64,000 bases of DNA from the human T2T-CHM13v2.0 reference genome, Homo sapiens, in assembly GCF_009914755.1 (NCBI RefSeq), contig NC_060927.1; one strand, written 5' to 3'. Positions 16,351-33,400 of this stretch are shown in pieces. The notes beneath the pieces were generated by a model. That model searched no databases, was not told the origin of the DNA, and was given only the letters and a program-made list of their open reading frames with translations. The first letter of the stretch is position 1. Each line of letters starts with the position of its first letter. The position numbers and the translations under genes are program-made.

Positions 16351-16797
16351 AAGTACCCAAGGTATATATTCTATACTGTACAAAAAATATCAAAGTACCC
16401 AAAGCATGTATTATATACTGTACATAAAATATGAAAGTACATCAAATATATATTTTATTCTGTACATAAAATATCAAAGTACACCAGATATATATTCTAT
16501 AGTGTACATAAAATATCAAAGTACCCAAACTACACATTATATACTGTACATAAAATATGAAATTACATCAAATATATATTATATTAGGTACATGAAATAT
16601 GAAAGTACATCAAATATAGATTATATACTGTACATAAAATATGAAAGTACCCCAAATATATATTATATACTCTGCATGAAATATCAAAGTTCACAAACTA
16701 TATATTATATACTGTACATAAAATATCAAAGTACCCAAGGTATATATTCTATACTGTACAAAAAATATCAAAGTATCCAAAGCATGTATTATATACT

Positions 16798-19551
16798 GTA
16801 TATAAAATATGAAAGTACATCAAATATATATTTTATTCTGTACATAAAATATCAAAGTACACCAGATATATATTCTATAGTGTACATAAAATATCAAAGC
16901 ACCCAAACTATACATTATATACTGTACATAAAATATGAAATTACAGCAAATATATATTATATTAGGTACATAAAATATGAAAGTACATCAAATATAGATT
17001 ATATACTGTACATTAAATACCAAAGTACCCCAAATATATATTTTATACTGTACATGAAATATCAAAGTTCACAAACTATATATTATATACTGTACATAAA
17101 ATATCAATGTACCCAAGGTATATATTCTACACTGCACAAAAAATATCAAAGTACCCAAAGCATGTATTATATACTGTATATAAAATATGAAAGTACATCA
17201 AATATATATTTTATTCTGTACATAAAATATCAAAGTACACCAGATATATATTCTATAGTGTACATAAAATATCAAAGTACCCAAACTATACATTATATAC
17301 TGTACATAAAATATGAAATTACATCAAATATATATTATATTAGGTACATAAAATACGAAAGTACATCAAATATAGATTATATACTGTACATAAAATATCA
17401 AAGTACCCCAATATATATTATATACTGTACATGAAATATCAAAGTTCACAAACTATATATTATGTACTGTACATAAAATATCAAAGTACCCAAGGTATAT
17501 ATTCTATACTGTACAAAAAATATCAAAGTACCGAAAGCATGTATTATATAATGTACATAAAATATGAAAGTACATCAAATATATATTTTATTCTGTACAT
17601 AAAATATCAAAGAACACCAGATATATATTCTATAGTGTACATAAAATATCAAAGTACCCAAACTATACATTATATACTGTACATAAAATATGAAATTACA
17701 TCATATATATATTAGGTACATAAAATATGAAAGTACATCAAATATATATTTTATTCTGTACATAAAATATCAAAGTACACCAGATATATATTCTATAGTG
17801 TACATAAAATATCAAAGTACCCAAACTATACATTATATACTGTACATAAAATATGAAATTACAGCAAATATATATTATATTAGGTACATAAAATATGAAA
17901 GTACATCAAATATAGATTATATACTGTACATTAAATACCAAAGTACCCCAAATATATATTTTATACTGTACATGAAATATCAAAGTTCACAAACTATATA
18001 TTATATACTGTACATAAAATATCAATGTACCCAAGGTATATATTCTATACTGCACAAAAAATATCAAAGTACCCAAAGCATGTATTATATACTGTATATA
18101 AAATATGAAAGTACATCAAATATATATTTTATTCTGTACATAAAATATCAAAGTACACCAGATATATATTCTATAGTGTACATAAAATATCAAAGTACCC
18201 AAACTATACATTATATACTGTACATAAAATATGAAATTACATCAAATATATATTATATTAGGTACATAAAATACGAAAGTACATCAAATATAGATTATAT
18301 ACTGTACATAAAATATCAAAGTACCCCAATATATATTATATACTGTACATGAAATATCAAAGTTCACAAACTATATATTATGTACTGTACATAAAATATC
18401 AAAGTACCCAAGGTATATATTCTATACTGTACAAAAAATATCAAAGTACCCAAAGCATGTATTATATAATGTACATAAAATATGAAAGTACATCAAATAT
18501 ATATTTTATTCTGTACATAAAATATCAAAGAACACCAGATATATATTCTATAGTGTACATAAAATATCAAAGTACCCAAACTATACATTATATACTGTAC
18601 ATAAAATATGAAATTACATCATATATATATTAGGTACATAAAATATGAAAGTACATCAAATATATATTTTATTCTGTACATAAAATATCAAAGTACACCA
18701 GATATATATTCTATAGTGTACATAAAATATCAAAGTACACAAACTATACATTATATACTGTACATAAAATATGAAATTACAGCAAATATATATTATATTA
18801 GGTACATAAAATATGAAAGTACATCAAATATAGATTATATACTGTACATTAAATACCAAAGTACCCCAAATATATATTTTATACTGTACATGAAATATCA
18901 AAGTTGACAAACTATATATTATATACTGTACATAAAATATCAATGTACCCAAGGTATATATTCTATACTGCACAAAAAATATCAAAGTACCCAAAGCATG
19001 TATTATATACTGTATATAAAATATGAAAGTACATCAAATATATATTTTATTCTGTACATAAAATATCAAAGTACACCAGATATATATTCTATAGTGTACA
19101 TAAAATATCAAAGTACCCAAACTATACATTATATACTGTACATAAAATATGAAATTACATCAAATATATATTATATTAGGTACATAAAATACAAAAGTAC
19201 ATCAAATATAGATTATATACTGTACATAAAATATCAAAGTACCCCAATATATATTATATACTGTACATGAAATATCAAAGTTCACAAACTATATATTATG
19301 TACTGTACATAAAATATCAAAGTACCCAAGGTATATATTCTATACTGTACAAAAAATATCAAAGTACCCAAAGCATGTATTATATAATGTACATAAAATA
19401 TGAAAGTACATCAAATATATATTTTATTCTGTACATAAAATATCAAAGAACACCAGATATATATTCTATAGTGTACATAAAATATCAAAGTACCCAAACT
19501 ATACATTATATACTGTACATAAAATATGAAATTACATCATATATATATTAG
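16798..19551 (+). repeat. Local tandem triplication of a 918-bp (22-monomer) HSat1A unit
   Basis: Seen: marker TTACAGCAAA at 16941, 17859, 18777; ORF starts 17431, 18349, 19267. 918 = 378 + 377 + 163. Confidence 0.92.
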
Positions 19552-22500
19552 GTACATAAAATATGAAAGTACATCAAATATATATTTTATTCTGTACATA
19601 AAATATCAAAGTACACCAGATATATATTCTATAGTGTACATAAAATAACAAAGTACACAAACTATAAATTATATACTGTACATAAAATATGAAATTACAT
19701 CAAATATATATTAGGTACATAAAATATGAAAGTACATCAAATATAGATTATATACTGTACATATAATATCAATGTACCCGAAATATATATTTTATACTCT
19801 ACATGAAATATCAAAGTTCACAAACCATATATTGTATACTGCACATAAAATATCAAAATACCCAAGGTATATATTCTACACTGTACAAAAAATATCAAAG
19901 TACCCAAAGCAGGTATTATATACTGTACATAAAATATGAAAGTACATCAAATATATATTTTCTTCTGTACATAAAATATCAAAGTACACCAGATATATAT
20001 TCTATAGCGTACATAAAATATCAAAGTACACAAACTATACATTATATACTGTACATAAAATATGAAATTACATCAAATATATATTATATTAGGTACATAA
20101 AATATGAAAGTACATCAAATATAGATTATATACTGTACATTAAATACCAAAGTACCCCAAATATATATTTTATACTGTACATGAAATTTCAAAGTTCACA
20201 AACTATATATTATATACTGTACATAAAATATCAAAGTACCCAAGGTATATATTCTATAGTGTACAAAAAATATCAAAGTACCCAAAGCATGTATTATATA
20301 CTGTACATAAAATATGAAAGTACATCAAATATATATTTTATTCTGTACATAAAATATCAAAGTACACCAGATATATATTCTATAGTGTATATAAAATATC
20401 AAAGTACCCAAACTATACATTATATACTGTACATAAAATATGAAATTACATCAAATATATATTATATTAGGTACATAAAATATGAAAGTACATGAAGTAT
20501 AGATTATATACTGTACATAAAATATCAAAGTACCCCAAATTTATATTATATACTATACATGAAATATCAAAGTTCACAAACTATATATTATATACTGTAC
20601 ATAAAATATCAAAGTACCCAAGGTATATATTCTATAGTGTACAAAAAATATCAAAGTACCCAAAGCATGTATTATATACCGTACATAAAATATAAAATTA
20701 CATCAAATATATATTTTATTCTGTACATAAAATATCAAAGTACACCAGATATATATACTATAGTGTACATAAAATATCAAAGTACCCAAACTATACATTA
20801 TACACTGTACATAAAATATGAAATTATATCAAATATATATTAGGTACATAAAATATGAAAGTACATCAAATATAGATTATATACTGTAAATATAATATCA
20901 ATGTACCCCAAATATATATTTTATACTCTACATGAAATATCAAAGTTCACAAACCATATATTATATACTGTACATAAAATATCAAAGTACCCAAGTTATA
21001 TATTCTATACTGTACAAAAAATATCAAAGTACCCAAAGCATGTATTATATACTGTACATAAAATATGAAAGTACATCAAATATATATTTTATTCTGTACA
21101 TAAAATATCAAAGTACACCAGATATATATTCTATAGTGTACATAAAATGTCAAAGTACCCAAACTATACATTATATACTGTACATAAAATATGTAATTAC
21201 ATCAAATATATATTATATTAGGTACATAAAATAAGAAAGTACATCAAATATAGATTATATACTGTACATAAAATATCAAAGTACCCCAAATATATATTAT
21301 ATACTCTACATGAAATATCAAAGTTCACAAACTATATATTATATACTGTACATAAAATATCAAAGTACCCAAGGTATATATTCTATAGTGTACAAAAAAT
21401 ATCAAAGTACACAAAGCATGTATTATATACCGTACATAAAATATAAAATTACATCAAATATATATTTTATTCTGTACATAAAATATCAAAGTACACCAGA
21501 TATATATACTATAGTGTACATAAAATATCAAAGTACCCAAACTATACATTATACACTGCACATAAAATATGAAATTACATCAAATATATATTAGGTACAT
21601 AAAATATGAAAGTACATCAAATATAGATTATATACTGTAAATATAATATCAATGTACCCCAAATATATATTTTATACTCTACATGAAATATCAAAGTTCA
21701 CAAACCATATATTATATACTGTACATAAAATATCAAAGTACCCAAGGTATATATTCTATACTGTACAAAAAATATCAAAGTACCCAAAGCATGTATTATA
21801 TAATGTACATAAAATATGAAAGTACATCAAATATATATTTTATTCTGTACATAAAATATCAAAGTACACCAGATATATATTCTATAGTGTACATAAAATA
21901 TCAAAGTACCCAAACTATACATTATATACTGTACATAAAATATGAAATTACATCATATATATATTAGGTACATAAAATATGAAAGTACATCAAATATATA
22001 TTTTATTCTGTACATAAAATATCAAAGTACACCAGATATATATTCTATAGTGTACATAAAATAACAAAGTACACAAACTATAAATTATATACTGTACATA
22101 AAATATGAAATTACATCAAATATATATTAGGTACATAAAATATGAAAGTACATCAAATATAGATTATATACTGTACATATAATATCAATGTACCCGAAAT
22201 ATATATTTTATACTCTACATGAAATATCAAAGTTCACAAACCATATATTGTATACTGCACATAAAATATCAAAATACCCAAGGTATATATTCTATACTGT
22301 ACAAAAAATATCAAAGTACCCAAAGCAGGTATTATATACTGTACATAAAATATGAAAGTACATCAAATATATATTTTATTCTGTACATAAAATATCAAAG
22401 TACACCAGATATATATTCTATAGTGCATATAAAATATCAAAGTACCCAAACTATACATTATATACTGTACATAAAATATGAAATTACATCAAAAATATAT

Positions 22501-25500
22501 TATATTAGGTACATAAAATATGAAAGTACATGAAGTATAGATTATATACTGTACATAAAATATCAAAGTACCCCAAATTTATATTATATACTATACATGA
22601 AATATCAAAGTTCACAAACTATATATTATATACTGTACATAAAATATCAAAGTACCCAAGGTATATATTCTATAGTGTACAAAAAATATCAAAGTACCCA
22701 AAGCAAGTATTATATACCGTACATAAAATATAAAATTACATCAAATATATATTTTATTCTGTACATAAAATATCAAAGTACACCAGATATATATACTATA
22801 GTGTACATAAAATATCAAAGTACCCAAACTATACATTATACACTGTACATAAAATATGAAATTATATCAAATATATATTAGGTACATAAAATATGAAAGT
22901 ACATCAAATATAGATTATATACTGTAAATATAATATCAATGTACCCCAAATATATATTTTATACTCTACATGAAATATCAAAGTTCACAAACCATATATT
23001 ATATACTGTACATAAAATATCAAAGTACCCAAGTTATATATTCTATACTGTACAAAAAATATCAAAGTACCCAAAGCATGTATTATATACTGTACATAAA
23101 ATATGAAAGTACATCAAATATATATTTTATTCTGTACATAAAATATCAAAGTACACTAGATATATATTCTATAGTGTACATAAAACATCAAAATACCCAA
23201 ACTATACATTATATACTGTACATAAAATATGAGATTACATCAAATATATATTATATTAGGTACATAAAATATGAAAGTACATCAAATATAGATTATATAC
23301 TGTACATTAAATACCAAAGTACCCCAAATATATATTTTATACTGTACATGAAATTTCAAAGTTCACAAACTATATATTATATACTGTACATAAAATATCA
23401 AAGTACCCAAGGTATATATTCTATAGTGTACAAAAAATATCAAAGTACCCAAAGCATGTATTATATACTGTACATAAAATATGAAAGTACATCAAATATA
23501 TATTTTATTCTGTACATAAAATATCAAAGTACACCAGATATATATTCTATAGTGTACATAAAATAACAAAGTACACAAACTATAAATTATATACTGTACA
23601 TAAAATATGAAATTACATCAAATATATATTAGGTACATAAAATATGAAAGTACATCAAATATAGATTATATACTAAACATATAATATCAATGTACCCCAA
23701 ATATATATTTGATACTCTACATGAAATATCAAAGTTCAGAAACCATACATTATATACTGTACATAAAATATCAAAGTACCCAAGGTATATATTCTATACT
23801 GTACAAAAAATATCAAAGTACCCAAAGCATGTATTATATACTGTAGATAATATATGAAAGTACATCAAATATATATTTTATTCTGTACATAAAATATCAA
23901 AGTACACCAGATATATATTCTATATTGTACATAAAATATCAAAGTACCCAAACTATAAATTATATACTGTACATAAAATATGAAATTACATCAAATATAT
24001 ATTAGGTACATAAAATATGAAAGTACATCAAATAGATATTTTATTCTGTACATGAAATATCAAAGTACACCAGATATATATTCTATAGTGTACATAAAAT
24101 AACAAAGTACACAAACTATAAATTATATACTGTACATAAAATATGAAATTACATCAAATATATATTAGGTACATAAAATATGAAAGTACATCAAATATAG
24201 ATTATATACTGTACATATAATATCAATGTACCCGAAATATATATTTTATACTCTACATGAAATATCAAAGTTCACAAACCATATATTGTATAGTGCACAT
24301 AAAATATCAAAATACCCAACGTATATATTCTATACTGTACAAAAAATATCAAAGTACCCAAAGCAGGTATTATATACTGTACATAAAATATGAAAGTACA
24401 TCAAATATATATTTTCTTCTGTACATAAAATATCAAAGTACACCAGATATATATTCTATAGCGTACATAAAATATCAAAGTACACAAACTATACATTATA
24501 TACTGTACATAAAATATGAAATTACATCAAATATATATTATATTAGGTACATAAAATATGAAAGTACATCAAATATAGATTATATACTGTATATTAAATA
24601 CCAAAGTACCCCAAATATATATTTTATACTGTACATGAAATTTCAAAGTTCACAAACCATATATTATATACTGTACATAAAATATCAAAGTACCCAAGGT
24701 ATATATTCTATAGTGTACAAAAAATATCAAAGTACCCAAAGCATGTATTATATACTGTAGATAAAATATGAAAGTACATCAAATATATATTTTATTCTGT
24801 ACATAAAATATCAAAGTACACCAGGTATATATTCTATAGTGTACATAAAATAACAAAGTACACAAACTATAAATTATATACTGTACGTAAAATATGAAAT
24901 TACATCAAATATATATTAGGTACATAAAATATGAAAGTACATCAAATATAGATTATATACTGTACATATAATATCAATGTACCCCAAATATATATTTTAT
25001 ACTCTACATGAAATATCAAAGTTCACAAACCATACATTACATACTTTCCATAAAATATGAAAGTACCCATGGCATATATTCTATACTGTACAAAAGATAT
25101 CAAAGTACCCAAAGCATGTATTATATACTGTACATAAAATATGAAAGTACATCAAATATATATTTTATTCTGTACATAAAATATCAAAGTACACCAGATA
25201 TATATTCTATAGTGTACATAAAATATCAAAGTACCCAAACTATATATTATATACTGTACATAAAATATGAAATTACATCAAATATGTATTATATTAGGTA
25301 CATAAAATATGAAAGTACATCAAATATAGATTATATACCGTACATAAAATATCAAAGTACCCCAAATATATATTATATACTCTACATGAAATATCAAAGT
25401 TCACAAACTATATATTATATACTGTACATAAAATATCAAAGTACCCAAGGTATATATTCTATACTGTACAAAAAATATCAAAGTACCCAAAGCATGTATT

Positions 25501-28029
25501 ATATACTGTATATAAAATAAGAAAGTACATTAAATATATTTTTTATTCTGTACATAAAATATCAAAGTACACCAGATATATATTCTATAGTGTACATAAA
25601 ATAACAAAGTACACAAACTATAAATTATATACTGTACATAAAATATGAAATTACATCAAATATATATTAGGTACATAAAATATGAAAGTACATCAAATAT
25701 AGATTATGTACTGAACATATAATATCAATGTACCCCAAATATATATTTGATACTCTACATGAAATATCAAAGTTCAGAAACCATACATTATATACTGTAC
25801 ATAAAATATCAAAGTACCCAAGGTATATATTCTATACTGTACAAAAAATATCAAAGTACCCAAAGCATGTATTATATACTGTAGATAACATATGAAAGTA
25901 CATCAAATATATATTTTATTCTGTACATAAAATATCAAAGTACACCAGATATATATTCTATAGTGTACATAAAATATCAAAGTACCCAAACTATACATTA
26001 TATACTGTACATAAAATATGAAATTACATCAAATATATATTAGGTACATAAAATATGAAAGTACATCAAATAGATATTTTATTCTGTACATAAAATATCA
26101 AAGTACACCAGATATATATTCTATAGTGTACATAAAATAACAAAGTACACAAACTATAAATTATATACTGTACATAAAATATGAAATTACATCAAATATA
26201 TATTAGGTACATAAAATATGAAAGTACATCAAATATAGATTATATACTGTACATATAATATCAATGTACCCGAAATATATATTTTATACTCTACATGAAA
26301 TATCAAAGTTCACAAACCATATATTGTATAGTGCACATAAAATATCAAAATACCCAAGGTATATATTCTATACTGTACAAAAAATATCAAAGTACCCAAA
26401 GCAGGTATTATATACTGTACATAAAATATGAAAGTACATCAAATATATATTTTATTCTGTACATAAAATATCAAAGTACACCAGATATATATTCTATAGC
26501 GTACATAAAATATCAAAGTACACAAACTATACATTATATACTGTACATAAAATATGAAATTACATCAAATATATATTATATTAGGTACATAAAATATGAA
26601 AGTACATCAAATATAGATTATATACTGTACATTAAATACCAAAGTACCCCAAATATATATTTTATACTGTACATGAAATTTCAAAGTTCACAAACTATAT
26701 ATTATATACTGTACATAAAATATCAAAGTACCCAAGGTATATATTCTATAGTGTACAAAAAATATCAAAGTACCCAAAGCATGTATTATATACTGTACAT
26801 AAAATATGAAAGTACATCAAATATATATTTTATTCTGTACATAAAATATCAAAGTACACCAGATATATATTCTATAGTGTATATAAAATATCAAAGTACC
26901 CAAACTATACATTATATACTGTACATAAAATATGAAATTACATCAAATATATATTATATTAGGTACATAAAATATGAAAGTACATGAAGTATAGATTATA
27001 TACTGTACATAAAATATCAAAGTACCCCAAATTTATATTATATACTATACATGAAATATCAAAGTTCACAAACTATATATTATATACTGTACATAAAATA
27101 TCAAAGTACCCAAGGTATATATTCTATAGTGTACAAAAAATATCAAAGTACCCAAAGCATGTATTATATACCGTACATAAAATATAAAATTACATCAAAT
27201 ATATATTTTATTCTGTACATAAAATATCAAAGTACACCAGATATATATACTATAGTGTACATAAAATATCAAAGTACCCAAACTATACATTATACACTGT
27301 ACATAAAATATGAAATTATATCAAATATATATTAGGTACATAAAATATGAAAGTACATCAAATATAGATTATATACTGTAAATATAATATCAATGTACCC
27401 CAAATATATATTTTATACTCTACATGAAATATCAAAGTTCACAAACCATATATTATATACTGTACATAAAATATCAAAGTACCCAAGTTATATATTCTAT
27501 ACTGTACAAAAAATATCAAAGTACCCAAAGCATGTATTATATACTGTACATAAAATATGAAAGTACATCAAATATATATTTTATTCTGTACATAAAATAT
27601 CAAAGTACACCAGATATATATTCTATAGTGTACATAAAATGTCAAAGTACCCAAACTATACATTATATACTGTACATAAAATATGTAATTACATCAAATA
27701 TATATTATATTAGGTACATAAAATAAGAAAGTACATCAAATATAGATTATATACTGTACATAAAATATCAAAGTACCCCAAATATATATTATATACTCTA
27801 CATGAAATATCAAAGTTCACAAACTATATATTATATACTGTACATAAAATATCAAAGTACCCAAGGTATATATTCTATACTGTACAAAAAATATCAAAGT
27901 ACCCAAAGCATGTATTATATACTGTATATAAAATAAGAAAGTACATTAAATATATATTTTATTCTGTACATAAAATATCAAAGTACACCAGATATATATT
28001 CTATAGTGTACATAAAATAACAAAGTACA

Positions 28030-30400
28030 CAAACTATAAATTATATACTGTACATAAATTATGAAATTACATCAAATATATATTAGGTACATAAAATATG
28101 AAAGTACATCAAATATAGATTATATACTGAACATATAACATCAATGTACCCCAAATATATATTTGATACTCTACATGAAATATCAAAGTTCAGAAACCAT
28201 ACATTATATACTGTACATAAAATATCAAAGTACCCAAGGTATATATTCTATACTGTACAAAAAATATCAAAGTACCCAAAGCATGTATTATATACTGTAC
28301 ATAAAATATGAAAGTACATCAAATATATATTTTATTCTGTACATAAAATATCAAAGTACACCAGATATATATTCTATAGTGTACATAAAATATCAAAGTA
28401 CCCAAACTATACATTATATACTGTACATAAAATATGAAATTACAGCAAATATATATTATAATAGGTACATAAAATATGAAAGTACATCAAATATAGATTA
28501 TATACTGTACATTAAATACCAAAGTACCCCAAATATATATTTTATACTGTACATGAAATATCAAAGTTCACAAACTATATATTATATACTGTACATAAAA
28601 TATCAATGTACCCAAGGTATATATTCTATACTGTACAAAAAATATCAAAGTACCCAAAGCATGTATTATATACTGTACATAAAATATGAAAGTACATCAA
28701 ATATATATTTTATTCTGTACATAAAATATCAAAGTACACTAGATATATATTCTATAGTGTACATAAAACATCAAAATACCCAAACTATACATTATATACT
28801 GTACATAAAATATGAAATTACATCAAATATATATTAGGTACATAAAATATGAAAGTACATCAAATATAGATTATATACTGAACATATAATATCAATGTAC
28901 CCGAAATATATATTTGATACTCTACATGAAATATCAAAGTTCAGAAACCATACATTATATACTGTACATAAAATATCAAAGTACCCAAGGTATATATTCT
29001 ATACTGTACAAAAAATATCAAAGTACCCAAAGCATGTATTATATACTGTACATAAAATATGAAAGTACATCAAATATATATTTTATTCTGTACATAAAAT
29101 ATCAAAGTACACCAGATATATATTCTATAGTGTACATAAAATATCAAAGTACCCAAACTATACATTATATACTGTACATAAAATATGAAATTACATCAAA
29201 TATATATTATATTAGGTACATAAAATATGAAAGTACATCAAATATAGATTATATACTGTACATTAAATACCAAAGTAACCCAAATATATATTTTATACTG
29301 TACATGAAATATCAAAGTTCACAAACTATATATTATATACTGTACATAAAATATCAAAGTACCCAAGGTATATATTCTATACTGTACAAAAAATATCAAA
29401 GTACCCAAAGCATGTATTATATACTGTATATAAAATAAGAAAGTACATTAAATATATATTTTATTCTGTACATAAAATATCAAAGTACACCAGATATATA
29501 TTCTATAGTGTACATAAAATAACAAAGTACACAAACTATAAATTATATACTGTACATAAAATATGAAATTACATCAAATATATATTAGGTACATAAAATA
29601 TGAAAGTACATCAAATATAGATTATATACTGAACATATAATATCAATGTACCCCAAATATATATTTGATACTCTACATGAAATATCAAAGTTCAGAAACC
29701 ATACATTATATACTGTACATAAAATATCAAAGTACCCAAGGTATATATTCTATACTGTACAAAAAATATCAAAGTACCCAAAGCATGTATTATATACTGT
29801 ACATAAAATATGAAAGTACATCAAATATATATTTTATTCTGTACATAAAATATCAAAGTACACCAGATATATATTCTATAGTGTACATAAAGTATCAAAG
29901 TACCCAAACTATACATTATATACTGTACATAAAATATGAAATTACAGCAAATATATATTATATTAGGTACATAAAATATGAAAGTACATCAAATATAGAT
30001 TATATACTGTACATTAAATACCAAAGTACCCCAAATATATATTTTATACTGTACATGAAATATCAAAGTTTACAAACTATATATTATATACTGTACATAA
30101 AATATCAAAGTACCCAAGGTATATATTCTATACTGTACAAAAAATATCAAAGTACCCAAAGCATGTATTATATACTGTATATAAAATAAGAAAGTAAATT
30201 AAATATATATTTTATTCTGTACATAAAATATCAAAGTACACCAGATATATATTCTATAGTGTACATAAAATAACAAAGTACACAAACTATAAATTATATA
30301 CTGTACATAAAATATGAAATTACATCAAATATATATTAGGTACATAAAATATGAAAGTACATCAAATATAGATTATATACTGAACATATAATATCAATGT
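28030..30400 (+). repeat. Run of 751-bp (378+373) HSat1A dimers
   Basis: Seen: marker TTTGATACTCTAC...GTTCAGAAACC at ORF starts 28163, 28914, 29665 (751 apart). Ends are approximate. Confidence 0.82.
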
Positions 30401-33400
30401 ACCCGAAATATATATTTTATACTCTACATGAAATATCAAAGTTCACAAACCATATATTGTATAGTGCACATAAAATATCAAAATACCCAAGGTATATATT
30501 CTATACTGTACAAAAAATATCAAAGTACCCAAAGCAGGTATTATATAGTGTACATAAAATATGAAAGTACATCAAATATATATTTTATTCTGTACATAAA
30601 ATATCAAAGTACACCAGATATATATTCTATAGCGTACATAAAATATCAAAGTACACAAACTATAGATTATATACCGTACGTAAAATATGAAATTACATCA
30701 AATATATATTATATTAGGTACATAAAATATGAAAGTACATCAAATATAGATTATATACTGTACATTAAATACCAAAGTACCCCAAATATATATTTTATAC
30801 TGTACATGAAATTTCAAAGTTCACAAACTATATATTATATACTGCACATAAAATATCAAAGTACCCAAGGTATATATTCTATAGTGTACAAAAAATATCA
30901 AAGTACCCAAAGCATGTATTATATACTGTAGATAATATATGAAAGTACATCAAATATATATTTTATTCTGTACATAAATTATCAAAGTACACCAGATATA
31001 TATTCTATAGTGTACATAAAATATCAAAGTACCCAAACTATACATTATATACTGTACATAAAATATGAAATTACATCAAGTATATATTATATTAGGTACA
31101 TAAAATATGAAAGTACATGAAGTATAGATTATATACTGTACATAAAATATCAAAGTACCCCAAATTTATATTATATACTATACATGAAATATCAAAGTTC
31201 ACAAACTATATATTATATACTGTACATAAAATATCAAAGTACCCAAGGTATATATTCTATAGTGTACAAAAAATATCAAAGTACCCAAAGCATGTATTAT
31301 ATACCGTACATAAAATATAAAATTACATCAAATATATATTTTATTCTGTACATAAAATATCAAAGTACACCAGATATATATACTATAGTGTACATAAAAT
31401 ATCAAAGTACCCAAACTATACATTATACACTGTACATAAAATATGAAATTATATCAAATATATATTAGGTACATAAAATATGAAAGTACATCAAATATAG
31501 ATTATATACTGTAAATATAATATCAATGTACCCCAAATATATATTTTATACTCTACATGAAATATCAAAATTCACAAACCATATATTATATACTGTACAT
31601 AAAATATCAAAGTACCCAAGTTATATATTCTATACTGTACAAAAAATATCAAAGTACCCAAAGCATGTATTATATACTGTACATAAAATATGAAAGTACA
31701 TCAAATATATATTTTATTCTGTGCATAAAATATCAAAGTACACCAGATATATATTCTATAGTGTACATAAAACATCAAAATACCCAAACTATACATTATA
31801 TACTGTACATAAAATATGAGATTACATCAAATATATATTATATTAGGTACATAAAATATGAAAGTACATCAAATATAGATTATATACCGTACATAAAATA
31901 TCAAAGTACCCCGAATATATATTATATACTCTACATGAAATATCAAAGTTCACAAACTATATATTATATACTGTACATAAAATATCAAAGTACACCAGAT
32001 ACATATTCTATAGTGTACATAAAATAACAAAGTACACAAACTATAAATTATATACTGTACATAAAATATGAAATTACATCAAATATATATTAGGTACATA
32101 AAATATGAAAGTACATCAAATATAGATTATGTACTGAACATATAATATCAATGTACCCCAAATATATATTTGATACTCTACATGAAATATCAAAGTTCAG
32201 AAACCATACATTATATACTGTACATAAAATATCAAAGTACCCAAGGTATATATTCTATACTGTACAAAAAATATCAAAGTACCCAAAGCATGTATTATAT
32301 ACTGTAGATAATATATGAAAGTACATCAAATATATATTTTATTCTGTACATAAAATATCAAAGTACACCAGATATATATTCTATAGTGTACATAAAATAT
32401 CAAAGTACCCAAACTATACATTATATACTGTACATAAAATATGAAATTACATCAAATATATATTAGGTACATAAAATATGAAAGTACATCAAATAGATAT
32501 TTTATTCTGTACATAAAATATCAAAGTACACCAGATATATATTCTATAGTGTACATAAAATAACAAAGTACACAAACTATAAATTATATACTGTACATAA
32601 AATATGAAATTACATCAAATATATATTAGGTACATAAAATATGAAAGTACATCAAATATAGATTATATACTGTACATATAATATCAATGTACCCGAAATA
32701 TATATTTTATACTCTACATGAAATATCAAAGTTCACAAACCATATATTGTATAGTGCACATAAAATATCAAAATACCCAAGGTATATATTCTATACTGTA
32801 CAAAAAATATCAAAGTACCCAAAGCAGGTATTATATACTGTACATAAAATATGAAAGTACATCAAATATATATTTTATTCTGTACATAAAATATCAAAGT
32901 ACACCAGATATATATTCTATAGCGTACATAAAATATCAAAGTACACAAACTATACATTATATACTGTACATAAAATATGAAATTACATCAAATATATATT
33001 ATATTAGGTACATAAAATATGAAAGTACATCAAATATAGATTATATACTGTACATTAAATACCAAAGTACCCCAAATATATATTTTATACTGTACATGAA
33101 ATATCAAAGTTCACAAACTATATATTATATATTGTACATAAAATATCAAAGTACCCAAGGTATATATTCTATACTGTACAAAAGATATCAACGTACCCAA
33201 AGCATGTATTATATACTGTACATAAAATATGAAAGTACATCAAATATATATTTTATTCTGTACATAAAATATCAAAGTACACCAGATATATATTCTATAC
33301 TGTACATAAAATAACAAAGTACACAAACTATACATTATATACTGTACATAAAATATGAAATTACATCAAATATATATTATGTACATAAAATATGAAAGTA

